This document shows positions 25,606-34,325 of a DNA stretch of 51,886 nucleotides, in pieces. Both the position numbers and the translations under genes were made by a program. The stretch covers positions 1 to 51,886 of IMG/VR virus record IMGVR_UViG_3300030380_004241; one strand, given 5' to 3'. The notes under the pieces are model-generated. The model saw nothing but the letters and a program-made list of their open reading frames with translations, had not been told where the DNA came from and ran no database searches. Source of the DNA: a virus. Lineage: Duplodnaviria > Caudoviricetes. Position 1 is the first letter of the stretch. Each line of letters opens with the position of its first letter.

Positions 25606-27467
25606 TGGCAATCCCAGGAGTCACCCCAACAAGCCAACTTTTGAGCCTGACAGACCAAAGTGAAGATGGCTCAATCGGAGCTGTTTTGGGCAGAGGCTCC
25701 GCAGCAGAAGCAGCATACAGAGCATCTCTTTCTGGCCAAGCAGCACCAATATTCGGCAAAGGTGGAGTTCAATATGCTAGTTTCGCACCTTTCAATACCA
25801 TATTCAGTTTAACTGATGAAGACACCCCAACAGACGATGTAACGTTGCCTGTTACCAATCCTGTCAATTTGCCTGTTGTAAACGACGACGATGATGGTGG
25901 CTCGTCATTAACAAATCTTAGCGGACAAATATCTGACACTGCCTCAAACACAATCAACACAGCTCAAAGCCTTGTTAAGCAGCCAGTCCCAGGAGATGTC
26001 AATTATGGTGCATTAACAAATTTAGTTCAGGAAAATATTGGCAATGCGAATATTGATGTTCCTGGAGTCGGGAATGTAAATGTTCCAAATGTAGCTGTTA
26101 ATACACTTTTGGATTCGACAATTGATGTCATTCCTGGACTTGGTTTGGTTTCAAGCCTTATTAATCCAACGATGGTCGAGACATCTTGGGGGACGCCATT
26201 CAACACAGGTGGCGGTGGCTTAATCGGCGTTGCTGGTCAGCTCTCACTCAACAATCTTGAAAATATATATGGCGAGACTCAAGCAGGAACAGAGGGCTAT
26301 GATTTCTTCAAGCCAGGAGATCTTCCAGGAACCTCAACACCAATCGGCTTGAGTCCTGGAATCTTTGGCTTTGGCACTGTTGTTTCAGGCAACACTGATA
26401 TGATGCCAGAACAAGCAGACCTAAACAACGATGGCATCATATCAGCTGACGAAGTAAAGGCTTTCGCCGATCCTGAATCTGCAGGAGCAAAAGCCTACCA
26501 AGATATCCAAGACAACAAAGCAGCAGCCAATCAGCAGATGCTTGATTATATAGCTTCGCAAAAAGCATCAGGAGGCTCAGCATATGTCGGCGGTTCGGTC
26601 GTAACAGACGGAAAAGGAAATGCTGTCATGTCAATCGATCCAGCGACAGGCGAAAAAGTTCCTGTAACTTCTGGTGGGACATTCACGAACTTTGGTGCAC
26701 TGCCGAGCGACAAAGGAACTTCAACAACGACTGAAGGAACAGGCAATATTTTTTCTGATGTCGGAGATTTCTTCAGCGGTATTTTCGGTTCGGAGCCAGA
26801 AACAACAGAAACAACAGAAACAACAGGTGGAATAACTAGCGAAGGCATCATGGATGCAATCACAGGTGGAATGGAAAGTGCTGCAGCCAATCCGAGGCCA
26901 GAAGGAACATTTGAAGTCGCTAGCTCAAACAACATTACTAGCGATGCTGTGACATCTTCTGATTCTGGCTCTGGTGGGTTTATCTCTGGCGGTGGCTCAG
27001 ATGGTGTTGGTAACTTTGGTGCTGTTGGCGACTTCTTTGGAGGCATCGGTGACGCACTCGGAATTACTAACTATTCAGATCCTGAGCCAGAACCAGAACC
27101 CTCTTCATCAAATGATGACAATGACAATGACTCTGGCGGTGGTGGCGGAGGAGGAGGAAGCATTTGCTTCTTGACTACAGCTGTTGTCGGCATGAGGGGA
27201 GAGGCTGACGATTGCCCAACCCTAACCAAGTTGCGCTCTTTCAGAGACAACTACATGAAGGGGATGCAAGATGAAGTTGAAGAATATTATGCCATTGCCC
27301 CTAAGATTGTTGAGGCTATCCCGAAGTCTCATGATGACTGGCATTGGATTGGTGACCAGATTGATCTCTCGGTCATGTTCATTGATTCGGGAGATGATGA
27401 TTCGGCTTACGAAACATACAAAGATATGGTTCAAACGCTGAAACAAAACTGGCTAAAGGAGGCTTAA
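25602..27467 (+). CDS. Gly/Ser/Thr-rich protein with EF-hand-like loop and C-terminal CFI-box-CTERM-like domain
   Basis: DLNNDGIISADE at 26418-26453; poly-Gly linker then ICFLTTAV...LRSFRDNYM...VEEYYAIAPKIV. Confidence 0.82.
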   Translation: MMAIPGVTPTSQLLSLTDQSEDGSIGAVLGRGSAAEAAYRASLSGQAAPIFGKGGVQYASFAPFNTIFSLTDEDTPTDDVTLPVTNPVNLPVVNDDDDGGSSLTNLSGQISDTASNTINTAQSLVKQPVPGDVNYGALTNLVQENIGNANIDVPGVGNVNVPNVAVNTLLDSTIDVIPGLGLVSSLINPTMVETSWGTPFNTGGGGLIGVAGQLSLNNLENIYGETQAGTEGYDFFKPGDLPGTSTPIGLSPGIFGFGTVVSGNTDMMPEQADLNNDGIISADEVKAFADPESAGAKAYQDIQDNKAAANQQMLDYIASQKASGGSAYVGGSVVTDGKGNAVMSIDPATGEKVPVTSGGTFTNFGALPSDKGTSTTTEGTGNIFSDVGDFFSGIFGSEPETTETTETTGGITSEGIMDAITGGMESAAANPRPEGTFEVASSNNITSDAVTSSDSGSGGFISGGGSDGVGNFGAVGDFFGGIGDALGITNYSDPEPEPEPSSSNDDNDNDSGGGGGGGGSICFLTTAVVGMRGEADDCPTLTKLRSFRDNYMKGMQDEVEEYYAIAPKIVEAIPKSHDDWHWIGDQIDLSVMFIDSGDDDSAYETYKDMVQTLKQNWLKEA

Positions 27468-27758
27468 ATGGCAGAAGTAGAAGTAGACAACATGGAAAAC
27501 AATGCAGAGCTCTTCATGGAGAAGATGGGCTTTGCGCATGACTCAGAAGGCTTGGAGCTCTCGGACGATCAGCTCGTAAACTTTTTGTTGCTTTGTCAGC
27601 AGATGGAATATGGCGTTGGTGCAGAGTCCGAAGACGAAGAGATGGAAGAGATGCATGACGACGGCATGAAAGTCAAAGTCATTAAAGTAAAAGGTGGCGA
27701 CATGAGCAGCATTATGGATGAGATGCTTGGTCATGGTGGTCCAAAGATTATGGGTTAA
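27468..27758 (+). CDS. Acidic hypothetical protein
   Basis: AAGGAGG RBS. Confidence 0.78.
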   Translation: MAEVEVDNMENNAELFMEKMGFAHDSEGLELSDDQLVNFLLLCQQMEYGVGAESEDEEMEEMHDDGMKVKVIKVKGGDMSSIMDEMLGHGGPKIMG

Positions 27759-27762
27759 GATC

Positions 27763-28134
27763 ATGCCAGCTGCTTCAAAAGTTTTCGGTGCACTTACTGA
27801 TAGCATGATGAATGCACTCAAAAGGCTGAATGAAGGAATGAAAGCTGGTGACGATGTCGTCAGCACTCAGGAACTTATCGATGCACCTTTCGGTGAGCCA
27901 CTTAAAATAACAGGCACATCATCTGACGGGACAGTTGCTCAAGTTTATAGCCCAAGGCTCGGCACAGAGATGAATGTTTTCCTCAGCGACCTAGCCCCAG
28001 TTACTGGCGACATGAATGTTGATGAGACTATTCAGCGGTTGCTGAGAGACGAAGATAGAAACCCAGGAGCATTGGCTGATCTGCTTGGCGAGTTCAATGT
28101 AAGCAGAAGCCTTGCTGAGAAGAGAAGTGAATAA
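27763..28134 (+). CDS. Hypothetical putative internal virion protein
   Basis: ATG 27763; contains GALADL; TAATG coupling to the next gene. Confidence 0.68.
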   Translation: MPAASKVFGALTDSMMNALKRLNEGMKAGDDVVSTQELIDAPFGEPLKITGTSSDGTVAQVYSPRLGTEMNVFLSDLAPVTGDMNVDETIQRLLRDEDRNPGALADLLGEFNVSRSLAEKRSE

Positions 28135-28286
28135 TGCCAGTCCGCAAAGTCAAAGGTGGCTACAGATGGGGATCATCTGGCAAAGTCTACAAGACAAAGG
28201 CAGAAGCCGAGCGTCAAGGACGAGCCATCTATGCGGCAGGATACAAAGGAGACAAACGTGGCAAAAAGAAGCGTAGAAGCACCTAA
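28134..28286 (+). CDS. 50-aa basic phage protein (MPVRKVKGGYRWGSSGKVYKTKAEAERQGRAIYAAGYK...)
   Basis: TAATG coupling; recognisable small phage head-region family; not in the ORF track. Confidence 0.78.
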   Translation: MPVRKVKGGYRWGSSGKVYKTKAEAERQGRAIYAAGYKGDKRGKKKRRST

Positions 28287-28413
28287 AGGCTTTCACTGGA
28301 TGAAAGCAGGCAAAGGCTACAAGCTGATGAAAGATCCAGCTGGTGGCTACAAGCCTCACAAGGGTGCAAGTAAAAAGGCATCATTTGAGGTGCAGAAAGT
28401 GCACAAAAAATGA
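28258..28413 (+). CDS. 51-aa basic protein (APKGFHWMK...YKLMK...YKPHKGASKKASF)
   Basis: GTG start after AAGGAG; Lys-rich marine phage family. Confidence 0.75.
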   Translation: MAKRSVEAPKGFHWMKAGKGYKLMKDPAGGYKPHKGASKKASFEVQKVHKK

Positions 28414-28641
28414 ATGGTACATGTGTTCTTGCTTTTGGTTTACCTTGGGACAGGCGAAGACAGAGCTTTGATAAGTGGGGACATGTATTTTTATGATATC
28501 AATGAGTGCAACTGGTATGCGAGTCAAGTTTCAAAAAGATATGGCAACTATAAATATAGTAGCTATCTTGACCCCAAAGATCGTGTCACAGCATACTGCG
28601 TTCCCAAGCATATCAAAGAAGATTCGGTGAGGATATATTAA
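28414..28641 (+). CDS. Small hypothetical protein
   Basis: Hydrophobic N-terminus, Cys pair (ECNWY...AYCVP). Confidence 0.72.
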   Translation: MVHVFLLLVYLGTGEDRALISGDMYFYDINECNWYASQVSKRYGNYKYSSYLDPKDRVTAYCVPKHIKEDSVRIY

Positions 28642-28898
28642 TGGCCAAATACAAAGGACGCACAGTAACTCTAAACAAGCCTCGTCGCATCGGCAAAGGT
28701 GAGCCAGGATATGGCAAGAAGAAGTCAGTCGTCTATGTCAAAGATGGCGACCGAGTCAAGCGTCTTACATTTGGCGACCCAAACATGAGGATCAAAAAGA
28801 ATCAGCCAGGACGCAGGAGCAACTTCCGCTCAAGACACAACTGCGATAATCCTGGACCAAAAACAAAGGCACGATACTGGTCGTGCAAGGCATGGTAA
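28641..28898 (+). CDS. Basic phage protein (DUF6321-like)
   Basis: FGDPNMRIK...RRSNFRSRHNCD...ARYWSCKAW. Confidence 0.82.
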   Translation: MAKYKGRTVTLNKPRRIGKGEPGYGKKKSVVYVKDGDRVKRLTFGDPNMRIKKNQPGRRSNFRSRHNCDNPGPKTKARYWSCKAW

Positions 28899-28899
28899 G

Positions 28900-29091
28900 A
28901 TGGCAAGAGCAGCAGTCAAAAAAGTAGCAGCAGCAGAGATCCGAGCAGCAAAAAGTTTCTTGGATCGCAGAGGCATCAAGACCAACGAGGTCAGCCCCAA
29001 GAAGTTCGCAATGGCTGCAAAAGAGCTTGATAAAGGCTTTCAAGATACGCTGAAGATTCTTGCGAGAGAGCTATCAGGAGGGCAAGTTTGA
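28900..29091 (+). CDS. Small basic hypothetical protein
   Basis: Fills the gap between neighbours; TGATG coupling. Confidence 0.7.
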   Translation: MARAAVKKVAAAEIRAAKSFLDRRGIKTNEVSPKKFAMAAKELDKGFQDTLKILARELSGGQV

Positions 29092-30356
29092 TGGCTGAGG
29101 CTTTTCGTCCAGATGGTAGGTTGAATATCCCGACTCAGGCAGCAGCTGACTACATAGCTGAGCAAGGTCAGTTGATTCCGTACGAACCAACCATGCGTGA
29201 AAAGACAGAGCAAGTCATTACAGACTTTCTGGCCAACACAATGGGCATGAGCAGGTTCGCTGCTCGTGACACTGCACAAGGAATCACAGGAACCACCGAC
29301 CCAAGTCAGAACATTGCCGAAAGTATTGGTGTTCTTGACTTTACTCCTGCAGGGCTAGTCTTCGGCGGTCAAGAGGCAGCCAGAGATTTTGGCAAAGCGC
29401 AAACAGCAACTGATTATATCGCACCAACTATTGGCTTGGGGCTGAGTGCTGTTGAGGCTTTCCCTCTGACAAAAGTAGCAACAAAGCCAGCAAGAGCATT
29501 CTTGAGTAGTTTGGGACAAAAAACTTCCTCAGACATTGTTCCAGCTGCAGAGCCATTGATCGCTTCAGCTGGTTCAAATATCCCTCGCAGAACATTTGTT
29601 CAAGGCATGGCAGCAACACCAGTCGCAGGTGCACTTAGCAAGTTGCCTTTGGGCAAAGTTGATGATGCCGCAGCTGTCGCCAAAGCAGCAAAATTATCAT
29701 TGCCTGAGAACTTCAGTGTTTTTTATGACCTTCCTGAATTCAAGCAAAAGGTAGACGGCATCCTCATGGATGACATAGAGGAGACTGGGTTTGATTTAGA
29801 TGACGACATTCAAGATCTTGTTGATCAAGTCAGTTCAGCTGACAGATTTGAAGTTGCTGAAGCATATGATATGAGAGATGACATCGCAGGTGAATTAAGA
29901 AGCACCTATGATCTTACCGACTCTGAAATAGATGAAATTCTCGAAAAAGAAGGCTTTAATATTTCTATAAGCAAACCAGCAGAAATAGAAAGGATGAAAT
30001 CATTTAAAGGCAGCTATGATCAATACATGAGTAAATACCCTAATTCAGAAATAGAACTTGATGAATGGGAAAATACAACAGGAAAGTATGGCAGTCGGAC
30101 AGAAGTGGCACCACCGCATCCCAGAGACTATGGGTTCAAACATGATCAACTTGTAGATCACCCAAAGCATGGCCTCAGTTCTGTTTACGGAGTTGCAGAT
30201 GAGAAAGGGAAGCTGATTATCGACACTTATCCTCTTGATGACGACGCCGACTCTATACGACTTGTCGTCGATCCGAGCGATCTGACCGCAGTTCCACGGA
30301 AAGAATTTGAAACTCCAATGGAGATGTTAGATCGGTTGAGGATAGAGAGGCAATAA
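29091..30356 (+). CDS. Putative internal virion/ejected protein
   Basis: AGGAGG RBS; Ala/Gly-rich amphipathic N-half, internal RRTF motif and GALSKL, acidic C-half. Confidence 0.78.
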   Translation: MAEAFRPDGRLNIPTQAAADYIAEQGQLIPYEPTMREKTEQVITDFLANTMGMSRFAARDTAQGITGTTDPSQNIAESIGVLDFTPAGLVFGGQEAARDFGKAQTATDYIAPTIGLGLSAVEAFPLTKVATKPARAFLSSLGQKTSSDIVPAAEPLIASAGSNIPRRTFVQGMAATPVAGALSKLPLGKVDDAAAVAKAAKLSLPENFSVFYDLPEFKQKVDGILMDDIEETGFDLDDDIQDLVDQVSSADRFEVAEAYDMRDDIAGELRSTYDLTDSEIDEILEKEGFNISISKPAEIERMKSFKGSYDQYMSKYPNSEIELDEWENTTGKYGSRTEVAPPHPRDYGFKHDQLVDHPKHGLSSVYGVADEKGKLIIDTYPLDDDADSIRLVVDPSDLTAVPRKEFETPMEMLDRLRIERQ

Positions 30357-31036
30357 TGGGTGCAGCATCAAAAATAGTCAGCGAGTTTTTGGAGAGCCTG
30401 AGCAAAAAGGTGTTCATGGATCCCAGAGATGCAGCATCAACATATAGCGCAAAAGCCGAAAAGATAGCAGCAGAGGATCCAAGGTTTTTTAAGATTTATG
30501 ACGAAGAAGACATTGGCAGTGCGATATATAACACAAGAACAGGAGACAGCAGTCTTGGCGTGACAACTCCTGAAAAGTTCCTCGACATGGCTGCACAGAT
30601 GCCTCTTGATCAAGAGGGTTTCGATTTCATCAGGAAAACAGTTGACCAAAAGAAAGCAGACATAGCAGCAGGAGTTCCTAGGGAGCAGTTCACTTTCCCG
30701 CAACTCGGTCTCAGGCTGCAGGATGATGGATCTTTGAAAGTCAATCTTCATGACGGCAGGCACTTAAACACAGCCATGAAGGAGTTGGGCTATCCCAAGT
30801 CGCTTGTTGAAGTTGTGCCTCAGTATAGAACACCGAATATTAAAACAATGTCACCAGACACCCCAGTATTCAGCGAAGAGTCATTTATCAACGATGTTGA
30901 GATCCCCAGCAGGAAGGTTGGGACTCTTGGCGACTTAATTAAATTTTTAAGTGTTGCAGGCATTGCAGCTCCTGGAGCACTATCAACAATAGGAGGGCAA
31001 AATGGCACGCAAGTTCAAACCCCAGCCCAAAACTAA
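30356..31036 (+). CDS. Putative internal protein with ParB/Srx-like motif
   Basis: PQLGL...KVNLHDGRHLNTAMKELGY resembles the ParB/Srx (D/E)GxHR motif; C-terminal GALSTI. Confidence 0.65.
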   Translation: MGAASKIVSEFLESLSKKVFMDPRDAASTYSAKAEKIAAEDPRFFKIYDEEDIGSAIYNTRTGDSSLGVTTPEKFLDMAAQMPLDQEGFDFIRKTVDQKKADIAAGVPREQFTFPQLGLRLQDDGSLKVNLHDGRHLNTAMKELGYPKSLVEVVPQYRTPNIKTMSPDTPVFSEESFINDVEIPSRKVGTLGDLIKFLSVAGIAAPGALSTIGGQNGTQVQTPAQN

Positions 31037-31226
31037 AAAAGGTGTTAACGTAAAATATGTTCGTGGCGCAAAAAACAAAAAAGCCCAAGAAGCTGAGATC
31101 AAAAGCACTGCCAAAAAATATCGTGAAGGCAAGCTGACCAAAGCTGAGATGGAGCGCATAGCAAAAAGGAGGTCAAAAAATGTCACCAAAAGCTACAAAA
31201 AAGCCAGCCAAAAAAAGCGCAAGTAA
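31002..31226 (+). CDS. Lys/Arg-rich small protein
   Basis: AGGAGG RBS; very basic. Confidence 0.75.
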   Translation: MARKFKPQPKTKKGVNVKYVRGAKNKKAQEAEIKSTAKKYREGKLTKAEMERIAKRRSKNVTKSYKKASQKKRK

Positions 31227-31485
31227 AAAGAAAAAAGGTGGCGGTCTTGAGGCAGCCATTGAAAAGTACAGCAAGTCCTCTGGCTTTTCAAAAGAGAAGC
31301 TCCGCAAAGTTGCCAAGCGTGGCATGGGCGCATATTATTCATCAGGATCCCGTCCTGGCCAAACACCCACATCTTGGGCTATTGGTCGGGTAAGATCGTT
31401 CGCCACTGGTAAAGGTGGCGCACGTAAAGCAGACGCAGATTTAATTCGAGGTGGCAAGAAGAAAACTGCCAAGAAGAAAAAATGA
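31180..31485 (+). CDS. Basic phage protein (DUF5824-like)
   Basis: RGMGAYYSSGSRPGQTPTSWAIGRVRSF...ADADL; AGGAGG RBS. Confidence 0.8.
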   Translation: MSPKATKKPAKKSASKKKKGGGLEAAIEKYSKSSGFSKEKLRKVAKRGMGAYYSSGSRPGQTPTSWAIGRVRSFATGKGGARKADADLIRGGKKKTAKKKK

Positions 31486-31634
31486 ATCGTGCGTCTTTTT
31501 CATCACTGATATCCAAAGGAGGTAGAACAATGGATCACGGTAAAGGAAAAAAGAAGGCAATGAAGAAAAAGCCTGTGAAGAAAATGGCTGGTAAGAAAAA
31601 GATGATGAAGAAAAAGAAGTCATCTTATGCCTAA
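31482..31634 (+). CDS. Protamine-like Lys/Met-rich micro-protein (alternative start 31530)
   Basis: MNRASFSSLISKGGRT-MDHGKGKKKAMKKKPVKKMAGKKKMMKKKKSSYA; ATGA coupling at 31482 and AAGGAGG before 31530. Confidence 0.72.
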   Translation: MNRASFSSLISKGGRTMDHGKGKKKAMKKKPVKKMAGKKKMMKKKKSSYA

Positions 31635-31711
31635 TGAGAAAGGTGAAGAAGGACAGCTTGTTGAAGTTTTCGTCAGTGGCACCTCTGGTGCTGCAAAAGT
31701 GGAGTTGAATA

Positions 31712-31912
31712 ATGACAGTGATAGATCTGCTGAAAAAGATCCAAAAAACTCTGAAGGACGAAAGGTCGACGATAGCTGAAAATATGATTCTTGGTCGTAT
31801 GCAAGATCAAGAAGCATATAAAAAGAGCGTCGGTGTTGCTGAAGGTCTCGACAGAGCTCATCAGATTATCGGCGATATGATGAAAAAACTAGACGACGAG
31901 GAGGATGTATAA
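31712..31912 (+). CDS. Small conserved protein preceding GroES
   Basis: YKKSVGVAEGL helix; GGAG RBS; typical neighbour of groES in marine podoviruses. Confidence 0.75.
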   Translation: MTVIDLLKKIQKTLKDERSTIAENMILGRMQDQEAYKKSVGVAEGLDRAHQIIGDMMKKLDDEEDV

Positions 31913-31914
31913 AC

Positions 31915-32319
31915 ATGGCTCATCCACATGTAAAAGATCTCATCACAGATGAGGAAAGCAATGCGACAGTTACGTCGCATCAACTGCCCAAACCCATGGG
32001 GTGGAAAGTTCTTGTCCAACCTAATCAGGCTAAGAAACAAACCAAAGGTGGGATATACCTGCCATCCCAAAGCGTAGAGAATGAGGAATACCTCACTGCT
32101 CACGGAACTATTCTGGCACAAGGGGAGTTGGCTTATCGTGAGCGTGACAGCGGTCAAAGATGGAAAGGCGATTGGCCAGAAATCGGAGACACAGTCACAT
32201 ACGGCAAGTATGCTGGCCAGAAACTAACAGTAAACGGAGTGAAGATGCTTCTTCTGAATGATGATGAGATAACATCAATAATCCCAGAAGGCGCAAAACT
32301 AACTTCATATTTAGACTAA
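31915..32319 (+). CDS. groES: Co-chaperonin GroES-like protein
   Basis: PKPMGWKVLV...TKGGIYLP...GDTVTYGKYAG...LLNDDEI. Confidence 0.9.
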   Translation: MAHPHVKDLITDEESNATVTSHQLPKPMGWKVLVQPNQAKKQTKGGIYLPSQSVENEEYLTAHGTILAQGELAYRERDSGQRWKGDWPEIGDTVTYGKYAGQKLTVNGVKMLLLNDDEITSIIPEGAKLTSYLD

Positions 32320-32343
32320 GCGAAAACCATGGAGGACGCTACC

Positions 32344-33246
32344 ATGTCAAAAGAAGAAGTATTGGCAGAGATCGAAAAAGAAATCGAAAAAACGAAGGCT
32401 CAAAATGACGATGATCTTGAGATCGAGATTGCCGACGATGACTCTGATAAAGTTCAGGCAGCTGAGAAAAAGGCTGAAGAGCAAGTACAAGAGTCCGATA
32501 GTGATGCAGAATACGGTCAAAAGGTTCAAACGCGAATCAAAAAACTCGTAGACCAGCGTCGCGATGCCGAGCTACAAACAGCTCAAGCTCAAGAACAGGT
32601 CGCGCAACTTGAAGCAAGACTTGCCAGACTTGAGCAAGGCAACACTCATAGGGCTGAAAATGAGTTTCATCAGCGTTATGAGCAAACCAAAGCAGCATTG
32701 GCCAAATCAGTTGAGGAAGGAGACACTCAGTCTCAACTTGCTTTTACTGAGCAGTTGGCTGATATGCGTGCAGCTATGCGCATCGCTGAGATGCGAAAGC
32801 AAGAAGCAGCAACCCAGCAAGTCTCACCGACTGTTGGTCGTGCTCAACAAATGGCCCAGCAACCTGCACCAGAAAGAGCTATGGACTGGTGGCAGAAAAA
32901 TCGCTGGTTCAACTCTCCTGGTTTTGAGCGGGAAACTGCGGCAGCGAGGGCGATTGATGTGCAGTTAGACCTTGAAGGTCATGACAAAAATTCTGACGAA
33001 TATTACGAACTGCTTAATAATCGTTTACTTAATGTCTTTCCCGAGTTAAACTCAGGGAGCGAGCAGAGTAAACCTCGAACAAAAAGCAGATCACCAGTCG
33101 CCCCAACTGCAGGCGGTTCGGGAACTTACAAAGGAAACAGGGTTCGCATGACACAGGATCAGTTACGAATGGCTAGAGAACTCGGTATTAATGATGAAAA
33201 ATCTCTGAAGCGTTACGCTAACGAGATCAAACAGCAGAGGAGCTAG
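32344..33246 (+). CDS. Capsid scaffolding protein
   Basis: Acidic coiled coil, W.QKN.WF, YYELLNNRL, C-terminal VRMTQDQLRMARELG; upstream of capsid genes. Confidence 0.8.
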   Translation: MSKEEVLAEIEKEIEKTKAQNDDDLEIEIADDDSDKVQAAEKKAEEQVQESDSDAEYGQKVQTRIKKLVDQRRDAELQTAQAQEQVAQLEARLARLEQGNTHRAENEFHQRYEQTKAALAKSVEEGDTQSQLAFTEQLADMRAAMRIAEMRKQEAATQQVSPTVGRAQQMAQQPAPERAMDWWQKNRWFNSPGFERETAAARAIDVQLDLEGHDKNSDEYYELLNNRLLNVFPELNSGSEQSKPRTKSRSPVAPTAGGSGTYKGNRVRMTQDQLRMARELGINDEKSLKRYANEIKQQRS

Positions 33247-33248
33247 TT

Positions 33249-33734
33249 ATGGCTAACAACAGAAATGTGCGTGCACAAGAATCCCGTTCCAACAGCCGTG
33301 TAGAGGATGCTCGTCCTGATACTGCATGGAAACCACCATCATTGTTGGACGCACCCGATCCCCGTCCTGGGATGGTTCAACGATGGATTGCTACCTCGAT
33401 TCAGGGTAGAGAGACTCCAGACAACGTGTACAAGCGTATGCGTGCGGGCTGGAATCCTCGTCCTGCTGATACAGTGAAAGATCAGAGATATCCAACTATC
33501 AATCACGGGCAGTGGGCAGGTTCAATCGGAATTGAAGGCATGATCTTGTGTGAAATGCCTGAAGACAAATTCAAGTCTATGAAAGCCTATTACAATGAAA
33601 AGGCTGAAGAGCAGAATGAGTCTATTCCAGGAGAGCTTGATGCGATGGCAAGGACTGGGGGCATTCCGATTCACCAAGATCGGAAATCTTCGAGTAGTCA
33701 AGGTCGAGACATCTCGGTCATGGCTGATGATTAA
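33249..33734 (+). CDS. Conserved head-module protein
   Basis: WKPPSLLDAP.PRPG..QRWI...GW motif; lies between scaffold and capsid. Confidence 0.8.
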   Translation: MANNRNVRAQESRSNSRVEDARPDTAWKPPSLLDAPDPRPGMVQRWIATSIQGRETPDNVYKRMRAGWNPRPADTVKDQRYPTINHGQWAGSIGIEGMILCEMPEDKFKSMKAYYNEKAEEQNESIPGELDAMARTGGIPIHQDRKSSSSQGRDISVMADD

Positions 33735-33758
33735 CTGCTATAATAAGGAGTAGCGAAA

Positions 33759-34310
33759 ATGGCAAATGCAGATGCAGCCTTTGGGTTCGTCCCAGTTCGC
33801 CACATGAGCGGTTATGCACCTCGTGCTAATAAATACACTGTTGGTTCTGGTTATGCTACCGATATTTTCAATGGAGACATGGTTGTTCTTGCAGCCGATG
33901 GCGAAATTGAACAGGCAGCAGCAACAAACACCAATAACCTAGGTGTGTTCGCAGGATGTTCATACACTGCAAGTGATGGCTCATATGTTTACAGCGAGCG
34001 CTGGCCAGCCAGCACAGTTGCTACGGACATTATCGCGTATGTTTACGACGATCCGTATACTGTGTTCAAGGTTCAGTCCGCTGGAACACCCGCTCAGACC
34101 AACGTTGGCAATTGTGCTGACATCGTAGTTGGTACTGGCTCAACAATCACCAACCAATCAGCTATGGAAATTTCAGGAACCATGGCAGCAGGAAGTGCTC
34201 AATGTAAGATTCTGGCGTTGTATGACGCACCAGAAAATGCATTCGGTGCTAATGCTGTGATGGAAGTGCTCATCAATGAGCATCTCCTGAAAGGCACAGC
34301 TGGTATTTAA
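33759..34310 (+). CDS. Putative capsid decoration / minor capsid protein
   Basis: MANADAAFGF.P...IF.GD.V...GVF.GC.Y...YVYDDP; directly upstream of the MCP. Confidence 0.75.
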   Translation: MANADAAFGFVPVRHMSGYAPRANKYTVGSGYATDIFNGDMVVLAADGEIEQAAATNTNNLGVFAGCSYTASDGSYVYSERWPASTVATDIIAYVYDDPYTVFKVQSAGTPAQTNVGNCADIVVGTGSTITNQSAMEISGTMAAGSAQCKILALYDAPENAFGANAVMEVLINEHLLKGTAGI

Positions 34311-34325
34311 AGGAGGGCAAAAACT

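Noticed and set aside
26799-26825. GAAACAACA x3 tandem repeat as a phase-variation tract
   Set aside because: In-frame 9-bp unit encoding an ETT linker; it cannot shift the frame.
28156-28257. N-terminal part of the track ORF 28156-28413
   Set aside because: It overlaps the recognisable 28134-28286 gene; a GTG start with AAGGAG exists at 28258.
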